Assembly: GCA_013265495.1 (NCBI GenBank)
Contig: MU058781.1
Coordinates: 8,599,009 to 8,663,008 of the forward strand
DNA length: 64,000 nucleotides
Source of the DNA: Vicugna vicugna
Lineage: Eukaryota
Direction: 5' to 3'
Shown: positions 38,570 through 50,580 of the stretch, piece by piece
Layout of the letters: each line of letters begins with the position of its first letter
Numbering within the stretch: position 1 is the stretch's first letter
Made by a program: the position numbers and the translations under genes
Notes under the pieces: generated by a model
Database searches by the model: none
Seen by the model: the letters and a program-made list of their open reading frames with translations, nothing else
Told to the model about the DNA's origin: nothing

Positions 38570-38646
38570 ATTGAATGACTGGGACATTGTGCTGTATACA
38601 AGAAATTGACACATTGTAATTCACTGAACTTAAATTTAAAAAAAAT
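38570..38646 (+). mobile_element. Very short L1 3' tail, oppositely oriented to the adjacent L1
   Basis: tgactgggacattgtgctgtatacaagaaattgacacattgtaa followed by an A-run; matches the 31112 copy. Confidence 0.8.
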
Positions 38647-40097
38647 TTGTTTTCCGTTCTATTAAAAAAAATCTTGATTTTTAGTCTTATGAGCACATTT
38701 GACTTTTAATTATTTTATAATTAAAGCAGTCTTAATACTTTATATTTTGGGACTTACCTGAGTTGTATTTTTCCAGACCGTCATAGAAAATAATGCAGAT
38801 GCAGATTTTTAATGAGGTTTTATCACCTTTAGGTTCCACTAGGCAGTTCCCAACCCTAAAATTGCTGGCTTTGTTGATCTGTGAATTGCTGCCCACTCCC
38901 TCCACACGCCATGTTGTTGCCCCAAGAACTGCAGTTGGGAAAGGTCAGGATTCTGCTCAAGCTGGTGACTCGTGGGCCCAGTCTAACCCCTGGATGAGTT
39001 TTCTCCGGCTTGTACAGTATTCCAAAATTTTGGCAATTTCACATTTGTGTTTCTGTTATTTCTGGCTTTCTTGGAAAAACTGATGATGTGGCAGTGGGCC
39101 TGCACGGCTGCAGTTGGCCGGACGGAGTAGCAGCTTCCCCCTTTCCACTCTCTGGTTTGCTCTAGTCCTTATCATCCCTGTTGTTTATTCAGTTCTTTTA
39201 CCTGCCTACAGACACAGTGATGACCTTGAGTCTGGAAGATGTGTGGATTTAAAGGAGGACAAACCTGAAGAGAAAGGACAGTTTTTAGGAGAAATTTGTG
39301 GAGCCTTGACCCAGTTCGTTTTGGTTTGTCTTGTGCTCTGTTCGCTCCACGCTCTTTCCCTTTAATTCTAGGTAATGCCTGCATTTTTTGTTTGTTTGTT
39401 TCGTTTTCTTTTCACTGTTATGAGATGTATACCCTTTAGAATTTTGAGTAATGTTCCCCTTAGTCACCCTTACTAAAGTAAATATCCCAGGCACTTGGTG
39501 TAGGTGGGGGTTCTCTGAATGATTACTAGTCCTTTAATTCACATACTGGTATGATTTTGTTTGATCAGCTAGTTTTTAACCTTGTTTTTAGTAGGAGTCA
39601 GCTTTGTTGAAGGGTGAGAGTTTAATTAGAAAAGGCCTGTAGGCATTTTTAATGCTCTAGTAATATGGAGAGTTAGGGCAGGTCATGGTGTAACGCCTTG
39701 GGGGTGACTTAAGAAGGACCGATGGCACTGAGGTCAGTTACAGGGTGGACAGGAGGAGGTAGGAGGACCCTGGAGATTAAAGTTTTTCTTTCTTAGAAAG
39801 GAGAGAAGAGATGGTCCTTTTCTTCCCTGTCTTTGATACCCCTCTGCTCTTGGTGTTTTAACTCCTAGGATACAGAGTCTATGGAATAAATATGCTTTTT
39901 CTTTGTTTCTAATTAGAAGGAGAGAGGAGAACTGGGAAAGAGTTGAGTTTCATTCATCTAAGAACCTCACTACTAAAATACATGAAACATTGAAAAATAG
40001 ACTTCAGTTGTCAGGTGACTTCACACATGCCTTTCTAGTACATTGGTTTGTTCTGAGGTTTGTTAAATAAAGTTACTGTAAAAAGAGTGGTATGGGC

Positions 40098-40320
40098 CAG
40101 TGGTGGGGAAACTGTGGCTAATAGGACGAATTAGCTTGCTGCCTCATTTTGTAATAAAGTTTTATTGGAATAGAGTTGCACCCATTAGGTAACATGCTGT
40201 CTGTGGCTAGTTTTGCATCCCAAGGGCAGAGTTGAGAAGTTGTGACAGAGGCCATGTGGTCCGAAAATTCTAAAATATTTATTATCTGGCACTTTACAGA
40301 AAAAAATGTGCTGACTCTTG
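40098..40320 (+). mobile_element. MER58A-like hAT-Charlie MITE
   Basis: Near full-length match to the recalled consensus: taataaagttttattggaa...ggcagagttgag...aaaatatttattatctggcactttacagaaaaa. Confidence 0.9.
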
Positions 40321-40879
40321 GTGTAGATGGTTTTGGCCAAACAAGAAAAAAACAGCTCTTTTATGCACTCTGTTATTTTTGATGAAAACAAAGAGAATTA
40401 GACATGTGATTGATTTTCAAAATTTATATGGCTTTTTCATGATTTTGCAGGTATTTTATAGAGCTATTGTTCCATTTGAATGAAATGAAAATTTTATAAT
40501 GTCTAGGACTACAACTGGCTTCTGATTTTATTATGTCATTGACTGTAAGCTATTTCTAGGCAAGATTATAATAATAGTTTACAGGAAAACATGAAGTAAT
40601 AAAGTTAGTAAAAACGTGATGTAATAGTAAAAATTAATAAAATAAAAGTTTTTTTATGTTTTGGGTTACAACTTTTTTGGAGGGAAGAATATAATGGCAG
40701 TAAGTTTGAAAGCATAATGTTATTTAATTAGTTTTTACACATATTTTCAGGAGTATATTTAATGCACAAATGCACATATATGGTTCATTATGGTGTTAAT
40801 TTAAACTTTGAAAACTGTGGAAAGTTTCTGTGGTATTCAGTTTTGAGAATATTTGAAAATAGCAGGACTGTACTGTGGG

Positions 40880-41430
40880 ATTCATTCAGCCTAACTGGGT
40901 GTCTCAAGAATTAAGCACTGTTCTAGGCACTGGATTTCAGCACTGAATAAAAAAATACTAAGTGAGCTTACATGGGGAGGGAGAGAAACAAACATGCATT
41001 GACTCAGTTATTTATTGGACTATACCAAGTGCTTTTTTAAGTCCTGGGGATACAGTATGAATAAAGCAAAATTTGTCGTTTATGTAGCTTGCATTGTAGT
41101 TGGAAAAGAGAGGTAACATAACTCTGGACAAATGCTATGAAGAAAGTGAAAGCAAGATCTTGGGAGACATGGGGGATTCTAATTTGAATAGCATGGTCCA
41201 GAAAGATTTTTCTGATAATATGACCTTGAGCAGAGACCTGAATGAAATAAGGTAACAGCAGTGGGGATATCTGAGAAGAGACTATTCCAAGCAGAGGGAA
41301 TAGCAATGAAGAGGTACTGGGATAGGAACCTGTTTGATTGTTCAAGGAACAGCAAGGAGAAGCCAGTGTGGCTGGTGGAGGAGCCAGAGGGAGAAAGGTA
41401 GCAGATGAGTTTATTGGCTGCTTAATGAAT
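40880..41430 (-). mobile_element. L2 3' fragments
   Basis: ttcattcagc, atttattggactataccaag...tggggatacag, tgagcagagacctgaatgaa, attccaagcagagggaatagc. Confidence 0.8.
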
Positions 41431-43212
41431 GGCTCTGAACAAGTGTCAGGGTTAAGGTCACATGGGACCAAGCTCAATGCTATATGAAGTGACAACAGTA
41501 TGAAACTAGAAAGTAAGGATCTGTGGAACATGTCCCTAGACCAGAAGTCAGGAAATAATAGAGTTAATTTGCTCATTGTTCCTCCAGTTTAATCTCACTT
41601 GGGTGAATCTTCTTGCGATTTACTCTTTCAAAATGAAATTCTACATGGTATAGTCTAGTACCCTGAGGTCTGTATAAATTGTTGAATTTATGGTATGCCA
41701 ATACCCATTACAGGGTGGCCATCCGGTTAATTTGCAACAAAGAGTATGAGGTTTGGAATAAATGGGTCAGAAAGCCTGACTAAAATGAGAATAACAATTC
41801 ACATTCAATTAAAATGTGCATAGCCTGCAATAATTTTTCATTGTACAAGGGTGAAGGGGAGAACAGAAGTGGAATGATAATTAACAGTTGTAAATTTAAA
41901 AGTCAGCTGTATTCCAAGTGTTAATTTTTCCTGGAAGTGTCGTGCAAAATGGTCAAGTTCCTGAAAGTGTAGAAACAGATCATGCGATTTATAATTGAGA
42001 GGCATTCTAGGTAGCTGACCTCAAGTGTGAACTAATTAACTTAGGGCTTGTGTAACATGCTTTAGCAAAAGTAGGTGTTTAAAAATAGTTGTGGTTTTTT
42101 TTTTTTCATTTTACAAATGACAGCATTTATGGGGTTTTAATTTATTATAATATTGCTGAGCATATTTTTATGGTGATTCAAGTTTAGCACAGGTATCAAT
42201 AAATGAAATTTTGTTTCTGGAATCATAAGATTATTTCTTATGCTTATTCACAAAATATTTTATAAAGAACATCATCAGTCACAATTATTATAAAGCTACC
42301 ATATTTAAAACAGTACAGGGTTTTGATATTAAGCAGTGAGTAACGGTTATTGAAATGCCTTATATAGAGATAAGACTGATTAAATGTATACTGTTCAGAG
42401 AAGTACTTCAGCAAGAAGGCCCTTACATAGAAGCAGTTCTTTTGCAAATACTTGTTGGAATTCAGGACTTATTTTTACCCAGGAGTAATATTATATATAT
42501 ACATGGTAGTTTGATTTTCAGCCAAACCCAAAATGTATTAAGAATCTATACATATTTCATGGATTTTAGAGACAACTGTGGTACCACTTTTGAGCAGATC
42601 TGATTTCCAGTAAAAACCTGTAGCTTCTCTTTTCATCGGTGCACATGTTTCAGCAGCACACACTTCTTGAGGCTGTTTAGGATGACTTTCCTTCCTGCTG
42701 TCTGTGTCTCTTTGTCCCCTGTGTTGGGTAAGGGAAATGGGCTCATAGAGGAATTTCACGGATTGGGTCTGCGGGGGAGGCGATTACTGACATCACTAAA
42801 CATTCAGTCCTGTCACTAGTTCTTCTCAGGGCAGCACTTCTTACCCAGGGGTCCCCACGCTCTTTATCAGTCACAAGGAAGCTGAGGGGATGGGCAGGGC
42901 CTTGTCCCAGAGCATCTGTTTGCTCCCCACCTAACAGGACAGTAGGAGGTGGTGAGGGCCTGGTATGGTGGGCTGGGACAGGTTCTCTCTCTCTGCTTAA
43001 GGGCCTAAGGGCTTCCTGTGATGATTCCTTTGCCTTAATTCTGCTGTTATATCAAGGGATACCCCCCCAACCTGCTCTCACTAGGTTTGCCACCTGGTGT
43101 AGGGAGGCCAGGTTTTTTGGGGCTGGACGTTGGCTAGAAGGTGAGTTGTGTCGTGGGGAAAAACAGGGAGGAAAGAAAAAAATCAACCTAACTTACTTTA
43201 CATTAGGCTTTT

Positions 43213-43231
43213 TGTGTGTGTGTGTGTGTGT
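43213..43231. repeat. (TG)9 microsatellite
   Basis: Seen directly. Confidence 0.9.
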
Positions 43232-46200
43232 CTTTTTTTGGTGAGTTTGAGGTAGTAATCAGATGCCCATAGGCTGACCCAACTTAGTTTCTGCCTACTT
43301 TCCACTCTTAAATTTCTGTTCAAGATATCCTACAATTCAAATTTCAGTGAAACAGGACACACCTCTCTTCTTATCCCTGACTTTATTTCACATTTGTAAC
43401 ATCTTGCCTTTATTTACCAAGACCAAAGTGTTCATTTTAGACCCTAATTTTACAACAGAGGAAACAGAATACCATCAAATATGTAACTGTATTTAAATAT
43501 ATATGTGTGTATCTGTGTTTATGTATCTCATTATATTTATGTTGTACACAGTAATAAATAGCCTGGGAGTACAGCATCTGTCTAACCTGCTGCTCTCTCT
43601 GTGACGTGGAGGGATGACTCACGTGAGTAGTTAGTTGTATGACTTGTATAAAGTACTTGGAAGACAGTTTCACTTGCATAAGTCCTTTGCTGCATGTCAT
43701 AAAGATGAAAAGTTTGAGCCATCTGTTACTTAAAAAAAAACACCCTAGCATACCACCTGGTGTTTGACTAGGCCTTGGGATTTGTTCCAGATACAGCACT
43801 GCTTCAGTGAACAAATACTGGGGTGAGGGGTGGGTAGGGCTGGGTGGTTACTTCTGCAGCTTGGGAGGGGCCCTTTTCACTGAGTCTTGAACAATGTTAT
43901 TTGGATCATTGTTATTTCCTATTGTGGTTTGCCTGTCATTAAAAACAATTTTGTCTTAATTTTGAAAATTGGATATGAGGAGTAACATTACACAAAAACA
44001 ACATTATACAATGATGGAGATAATGTTCTGTGCAGCATGATTTAATTTGGAGCAGTAGATGGCCACCTGCTAGGCCTTTGTTCTTGTGGCAATCTGGCAA
44101 GTGGCCCTAGTGTTTTGGTTCTTTAGTTGGTCACGTGGCCTTTGAGATCTGCCTGGTTTAGCTGCAAACCATTAATCTGGTGGCGCAGAATGATGGAATA
44201 TTTGACTACTGGGTGTTTGAATTAAGAAAACAAATCCCTTTTAAAGTTGTTATTCAGCAATCACAGAATGCTTTTATCTTGTTGGTATAACATCTGACTC
44301 TTTACATTTTATCTAGCGGTAGCTTATTCTTATCTACAACATGAAAACAGAAATCTAGTTGTATTTGGCATTATGGTAACTGGCTACCATATAGCACCTG
44401 TCTGCTTACCCACTGTGGTAGGGTAACCGTGTAATTCACTGATTAACCTGGGACCCTTTTGAGAGTGACAGAGAGCCACTAAAAATTATGCTGGGATAAG
44501 AGGCACAGACAAGGACATCTGGGCACTCTGTTCATAAGACATGGCCATTTTCACTGTCCTCTGTGATCAGGAGTAACCAAATAGTCCATACGTACTTAAG
44601 GATGATTTCTGTATTTAAGTTGTATTAATTGTGGCTTGTATGGTGTCTCATACAAAGCAGGCACTCAGTCAGTATTTGCAAACTGAAGAATTGTTTATAT
44701 TGAAAAAACTTAAAGCTTCCTGCTATTTAAAGATACTTATCTTTAAAAATGTACATTTAAAGCAGCTTTGGGTTAAAAATCCTCTATATTTTCCTGATAC
44801 TCAGGCCCAGTCTCAGGTTTCCCCAGAGTGATAGTACCCATTGACCTATGATTTGAACTCTGAAACCATTTTAATGCATAGTATATTATAAGAGTAGGGA
44901 AAGCACTCAAAAATTGCAATTGCCTATTGTTCTGTCTACAATAATTTAAACTACATGCTAGCAGAGTGAGCCATGTAGTTAGTCAAGTGCTTCTGACCTA
45001 TCCCAGAAACTTACTTTTCCATGTTACTTGAAGTTCTTAAACAATTCAGTGGTTACTTAACAATTCCTTAAATTTCTTCTGAGAAAATAAGGAAGCCAGG
45101 TTATTCAACTTAGTTATCTGATAGTACCTAGTCAGAGACTTTTCGTCAAAAGGTTAAAATTTTGGATCTTTTTTCAATGCTGTTTTAATTTTATCACTTC
45201 AGAAATTTTCTTTAAAAAAAGTTCTCTCTCTTTACAAGCCTTAACTTGTTACATATAAGACATAGAAAAGGAGGTGGGTATTTCTCTCCTTTTCTACGTG
45301 AGATAATAGAAGGGTGTTTCTTGCCCATCTGACCATCTCATGAAATGGGTTTAGCTCAGCCCTAAAATGTGGTTTACAATGTGGTGGATTTTGGAAAGTC
45401 AGCTGTGGTTTAGAGGGAATGTACGATGTGGGTGGGCTGGGAACTTCAGTGTTTTCTACTGGTCTGAGGTAGGTTTTTTTGTTTTTTCTTTGAAGAGGTG
45501 TTAGAAGATCTTGGGTTCTAGACCCTGTTAATTGGTTTCACGTGCTATTTGTCTAGTCTCCTTGTTTCTAGTATGAAAGAGTTGAAATAGATGTTATTTA
45601 AATTCCCATTTCTTTATTCTTTGTGTGTGTATGTGTGGTGATGATTTCAAAGTCTTGTTCTTTCTGCATCTTTCCCTTTTGCTTTTCTGCAATCCTGGCT
45701 TGATTTCTTTCTCTTGATCTTTCAGTTTTTTCTTCTTCTTCTCAGATCTTGTTTCTCTCTTTTTTAAACATGAGTGAAAGAGTTCTTGCAATCTTCTTGT
45801 TTATTTCACCCGTAATTCATTATATTCAGATGCTGATCATGATAGAACTTGCCTGGGTACTGCCTGATTTTTGTACAGTAGAACTAAATCCACGTGGAAG
45901 ACATTTATTTACTTGTTAATTATCTTTATTGCAATGGAAGCTCCCAGGGTAGGAGTTCTGCTTTGTTTACAGCTGTATGCCCAGAGCCTGGAAGGATGCT
46001 GGGTGCCTAATAACTATTGAAAGAAGTGAGTAGAAATGCATTAGTTTCCTGGTAGTTTATTAAATCAGATATTGTTTAGGGAGAGTCTTGGAGTTCCTTT
46101 GCTCTATAGAAACTCCTGAATCTTGGGTGGTATTTGAACCACATAATGAGGGAGAAAGTACTTTGGAATGATTCTTCTTGTAATAATGTAGGTTTATAGT

Positions 46201-46247
46201 CTCTTCCCTTTCTAGTGCTTTTTGTCCCTAGACTTGATTTTACTACT

Positions 46248-46640
46248 TAATCAGTTAAGGTCGTTTTTGCTGCAAGTAATACAAATCTCAGCTGAAACTC
46301 TCTCAAACAATAAAGAAGCAGATTTTTCTCACAACGTGGAGTCCTGGAAGGCTTCCGAGTGGGTTGATTGAACTTAACTGTTGTCATAAAACACCCAGGT
46401 TCATTCATCCTGTTTCCAGTTCCTCTTCCATTTGCATCCTTAGCTTCACCCTTCAGGCTGCTTCTTTGTGTGGCTGTGAAGACGGGGGCAGCTGTTGAAG
46501 CCATGTTTTTCTAGTGGGAAAGGAACTGGCTTTTCTTTCTTCAAAGACCTGACCAAAACTTTTCATGTATCATTGGTCCAAAGTAGCTTCAGACTATTCT
46601 TCTGAACGTTGGCAAAGAAGATAGAATTGTAGTGTTGGCT
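46248..46640 (-). mobile_element. MLT1-type (ERVL-MaLR) LTR remnant
   Basis: tcagttaagg...gctgcaagtaatacaaatctcagctgaaact and tcatgtatcattggtcca. Confidence 0.65.
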
Positions 46641-47229
46641 TGGACTAATCATCTCAAGTGAAATAGATATTGGAATCAACTATAGTATTTGGTAAAATCT
46701 CATGTGAATTAACCTTTATAAATAAATTTCTAAAGACTGTTGATTTCCTGAGTTCCAAGTTAATACTTCCCAGTGTAATTAGGTTCATAACCAAGAGGAT
46801 GCTGGGTGAAGTCAATATTATCATGGTAATTGCTTCATTAGGGAAATTACAGCATTTAAGTTAAAAAATGTGATAATTTTTGTCCTGTCTTCCTAAAGTT
46901 TAATAAATATGACATACCACATTGTTTTTATAAAGTAGAAAGTAGATATGTAAAAATCAGAACCATGACTCCCCCTTAAGTGTGTTTGCACTGTAACAAC
47001 TGGTATGTTTAAATTATTTAAATAAAATGAAATCTTGTTGACTAGTAAAGTGAAAAAAATAACTAGGACATAGAGAAACTTACTTAAAAAAATAAAAAGT
47101 CAATATTTAAGGCAGTGTGCCTCTGTCACCTGACCTTACTAAAAGGTTTTTGATTTACTAGAACATACAGTAATGGATTATTTTTGTTTGGCCAAGAATT
47201 CTCAGTAAATATTTAATAAGCAGCTTGGA

Positions 47230-47365
47230 AGCATTAGGATATTGTGGAGAAAGCACTGAATTAGGAATTGGAATCCAAATTTCTGGTTCCGGTTCTGACT
47301 CTAACGATCTATGTGATTTCTAGTAAAACATTCAACCTCTGTAAGCCCTCATTTCTTTATTTGTA
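47230..47365 (+). mobile_element. MIR fragment
   Basis: gaaagcactgaattaggaa...ctggttccggttctgactctaac...tgtgatt...cctcatttctttatttgtaa. Confidence 0.7.
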
Positions 47366-48413
47366 AGAGAGTTCCCCTTTAGTTTTCTCAAAATGTCTTT
47401 TTCTCTTCATTGGTTGTAACCATTCGTTTCCCGGGAATTTAGTGACATATCTCTTTACTTTAGAGGTGTGGCTTTTTAGTGTAATTAAGATCATATGTGA
47501 TTTAAGTTTATTTGAACAAGGAGGGACAGGTAAAAAGTGAATCAAAGTTGTGAGATGGAAACAGGTAGGTGTTCTGTGTTCAGTGTATATAGTGCTTATA
47601 GAAAATAGAGTTTCTGTTTTGAAATATACATTTTAACTCATTAGAAAGGCAAGCATTTTGTAGGTATACGCACACTGCATTTGCCTAACACTTCCAGTAC
47701 CTCATTAACCAAAGATGAGCTTCTAATGATGATCTGAGTTGATAGTCGGTAGTGCACATTGCCATGTCACTTAGAATCCAATAGTACATGCACATAAACC
47801 AAGAGATCATGGTAACAGAATATGATACAGTCTATGAGAGGGAAACGTATTGGGTGCTACAGGAGATTATAAGAGAGGAATTTAAGTGCTAAACTTGGAG
47901 TGGTCAGAAAAGACTTTTCTGGAAGAAATGACATCTTAAATTGTTACCTGAAGAGTGAATGGGTATCAGCTAAATATTAGTCATTGATCTACACTCCCTT
48001 TCCCACAGTTATAGGAGGTCAAATCCTGGCCATCACGGTGTATTGAGACTATTTTAAGAGAAGTTTTAGGGCACACGTTTTGCATTCAATACCCAGACTT
48101 AAGCCCAATTACTTGTAGATATAACAACTGATGTTCAAAATGATCCTTATTTTTCAAGTAAAAGTTATATAATAATTTTCAAAGTGCCATATATTTTTCG
48201 GTATGAAATACTGTCTTTTATCTTTGTAAAATTCTAAGAATCAGAGGACTTATAATGGTGCTGCTCTTACCTCTTCTGTGCAGAGCAGCCATTATTTCAC
48301 GGATGCACTGTGGTGAGAAGAGTGTTTAGTGGAACACAACCTAGGATGGCTTTCATAATTCAGGAAGCACAGGTGAGGGACCTTTCCCCTCTGACTGTGA
48401 TGCAAAGCATAAG

Positions 48414-48766
48414 CAATTGGTCCATTGTATCTGCGGATTTCCCATCTTTGGGTTTGAGTCCTTGCATTTCAACCAACTGTGTATCAAAAATATGTGGGGA
48501 AGAAATTCCAGAAAGTTCCAAAAAACGAAACTTACTTTTGCCATGTGCCGGCAGCTATTTACATAGCATTTACATTGTGTTAGGCATCATAAGTAACCTA
48601 GGGATGATTTAAAGTATATAGGAGGATGTGCTAAGGTTATATACAAATACTATGCCATTTCATGTAAGGGACTTAAGCATCCTCAAATTTTGGTATCCGT
48701 GGGGGATGGGGGTGGGGGTAAGGCAGGTCCTGGAACCAACCCCTCCTTGATACTAAGGGATGGCTA
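48414..48766 (-). mobile_element. MER2/MER2B-like Tigger (TcMar) MITE
   Basis: ccagaaagttccaaaaaacgaaactt...ctatttacatagcatttacattgt...gggacttaagcatcc...ggtcctggaaccaaccc, with degenerate TIRs and a TA at the right end. Confidence 0.88.
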
Positions 48767-49679
48767 TACCTGGTTTTCAGCATTCGGCTATATTACTATT
48801 TTACCTTTACTTTCATTCTTTAAGCTCTCGAGTTTTGATTGAATTAATTGATTAATTTAGAAGACTATTAAGTGTTTTTTCTTCTTCTCATGATTAGAAG
48901 TCAGATTCCATTTTCTGTCCTCTACTAGTATTTTTACATGTTTTTCTTCTTTTAAAATAATACCAGTGTCTTAAACTCTTTAAAAAATGGTACTACTTCC
49001 TAAGAAGAGTACATAAAATGAGTCATTTTTGGCTCCTAATCTTTACTCTCCAGAGACATAGAGTTTGTATTAGGAGATTGATACTCTATTTTTTTTCTTG
49101 TTACTAGGAAGATAATGCCAGTTATATTCATGGAGAATGTTTGCAAGACTAACCAATAGATTTTTCAAGTAGAAAAAGAGTGTGGCAGCGTTTACAAATA
49201 AATACTTGATGAACTAGAACTCATACAATGTACAATGTTAATTCTTAATTAAGAATTTATAATTGATACTGCCTTATGTTTTAATTTTCTTTTTCCTCAT
49301 CTTGTTGAGAACAAAATCTAAGTGTAAGAAATGTAATAATTATAATTGAAATTGAAAATTCAGGCATGTTTTTTGTCAAGCTTTTAAAATACCTTATCAC
49401 AAAAATGTTACAAAGTGAGTACAAGGGAGAAATTAGAGTTACCTATGTGGGTTAGTTACCATAAAACCCAAATGTGAGAAATATACTATCTTCTCATGTT
49501 AGCAAGCTATTTTAAAATCCATCTGTGACACTAATTTTGGTCATATTTAGGCTTCTAATAAAATTATTCTAGCTTCTTTAAGAAAACTCTGCATAAGTGC
49601 AAGGAAAATGATTTATAAGATATTTAAAAAGTATTTAATAGAAAAGAGAGACAGGTTTTTCCACTCGTTTTGAAGGGTG

Positions 49680-50580
49680 GAGTGGGTTTGGGAATGGGAG
49701 ATTAGGAATTCTGTTCGGATCATGCATAATTTGAGATGCTTACTGGATACCTGAGCTGACATGTTCTATATGGGGGGTTGATGTTTGAGAGATAAATTTG
49801 GGAATCTTCATCCTGGTATATAAATCAATGAGACTGAAGAAGTTCGCCTAGGTAGGTAATTAGGGCAGACAGAGAAGGAAAAGACCAAGGACTAGGAGCC
49901 AACAAAGGAGACTCAGTGGAGGTAGAAGAAACCAGGAGAGTGTTTTGTCTTAGAAGCCAAGTGAAGGATATGTTTCAAGAGGAGGAGTGATGAGCTGTGT
50001 AAGTGCTGAGAGATTGAGTCTGATGAAGACTGAGAATTGAGCTATTGGATTTGTCACGAGGGCACTAGCTGGTGGTGGTTCTTGATGAGCAGTTTCAATG
50101 GAGAGGCAGGGATATAGGACTGATTTGAGTGGATTTAAAACAGAAAGGGAGTGAGATGGAGTACAGATGGCATTCTAAAGGAGATTGACTCTAAATGGAA
50201 GTAGAAATGGAGCCAAAGCTGAGTGAGGAAAGGTGTAGAATCAAAGGAGGGCTTTTGTTTAATATTTTTCAGATGGGATGTTGCTGCGTGTTTGTATGCT
50301 GTTGGATATGATCCGTTACAGAGGTAGAACTTGCTTGGGAGAAGGAAAGAGGGTAATTACTGGAGCAGAGGATCCGAGAGGGCCTGGGATCTAACACACG
50401 AGCAGAAACTTTGGGTTTACATACCAGTGAGGAAAGCTGATTTGTTTTAACAGGCGGAAGACAAACTTGATGATGATGAGCAGGTAGTTCGATAGATGCA
50501 GTGGTGGAAGGAAACAGCCATTTTCATCTGACTTCTGTTTTTCAGTGAAATTAGAGGCAAGGTCATTTGCTGAGAACCTT
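49680..50580 (-). mobile_element. L2 fragment
   Basis: gaagaaaccaggagagtg...agaagccaagtgaagga...tgaagactgagaattgagctattggattt. Confidence 0.75.

Noticed and set aside
41037..41576. 179-aa minus-strand ORF
   Set aside because: Mostly decayed L2 sequence.
45600..45770. Long pyrimidine tract with several AG acceptors and a Lys-rich minus-strand ORF
   Set aside because: Low-complexity sequence with no matching donor or coding signal.
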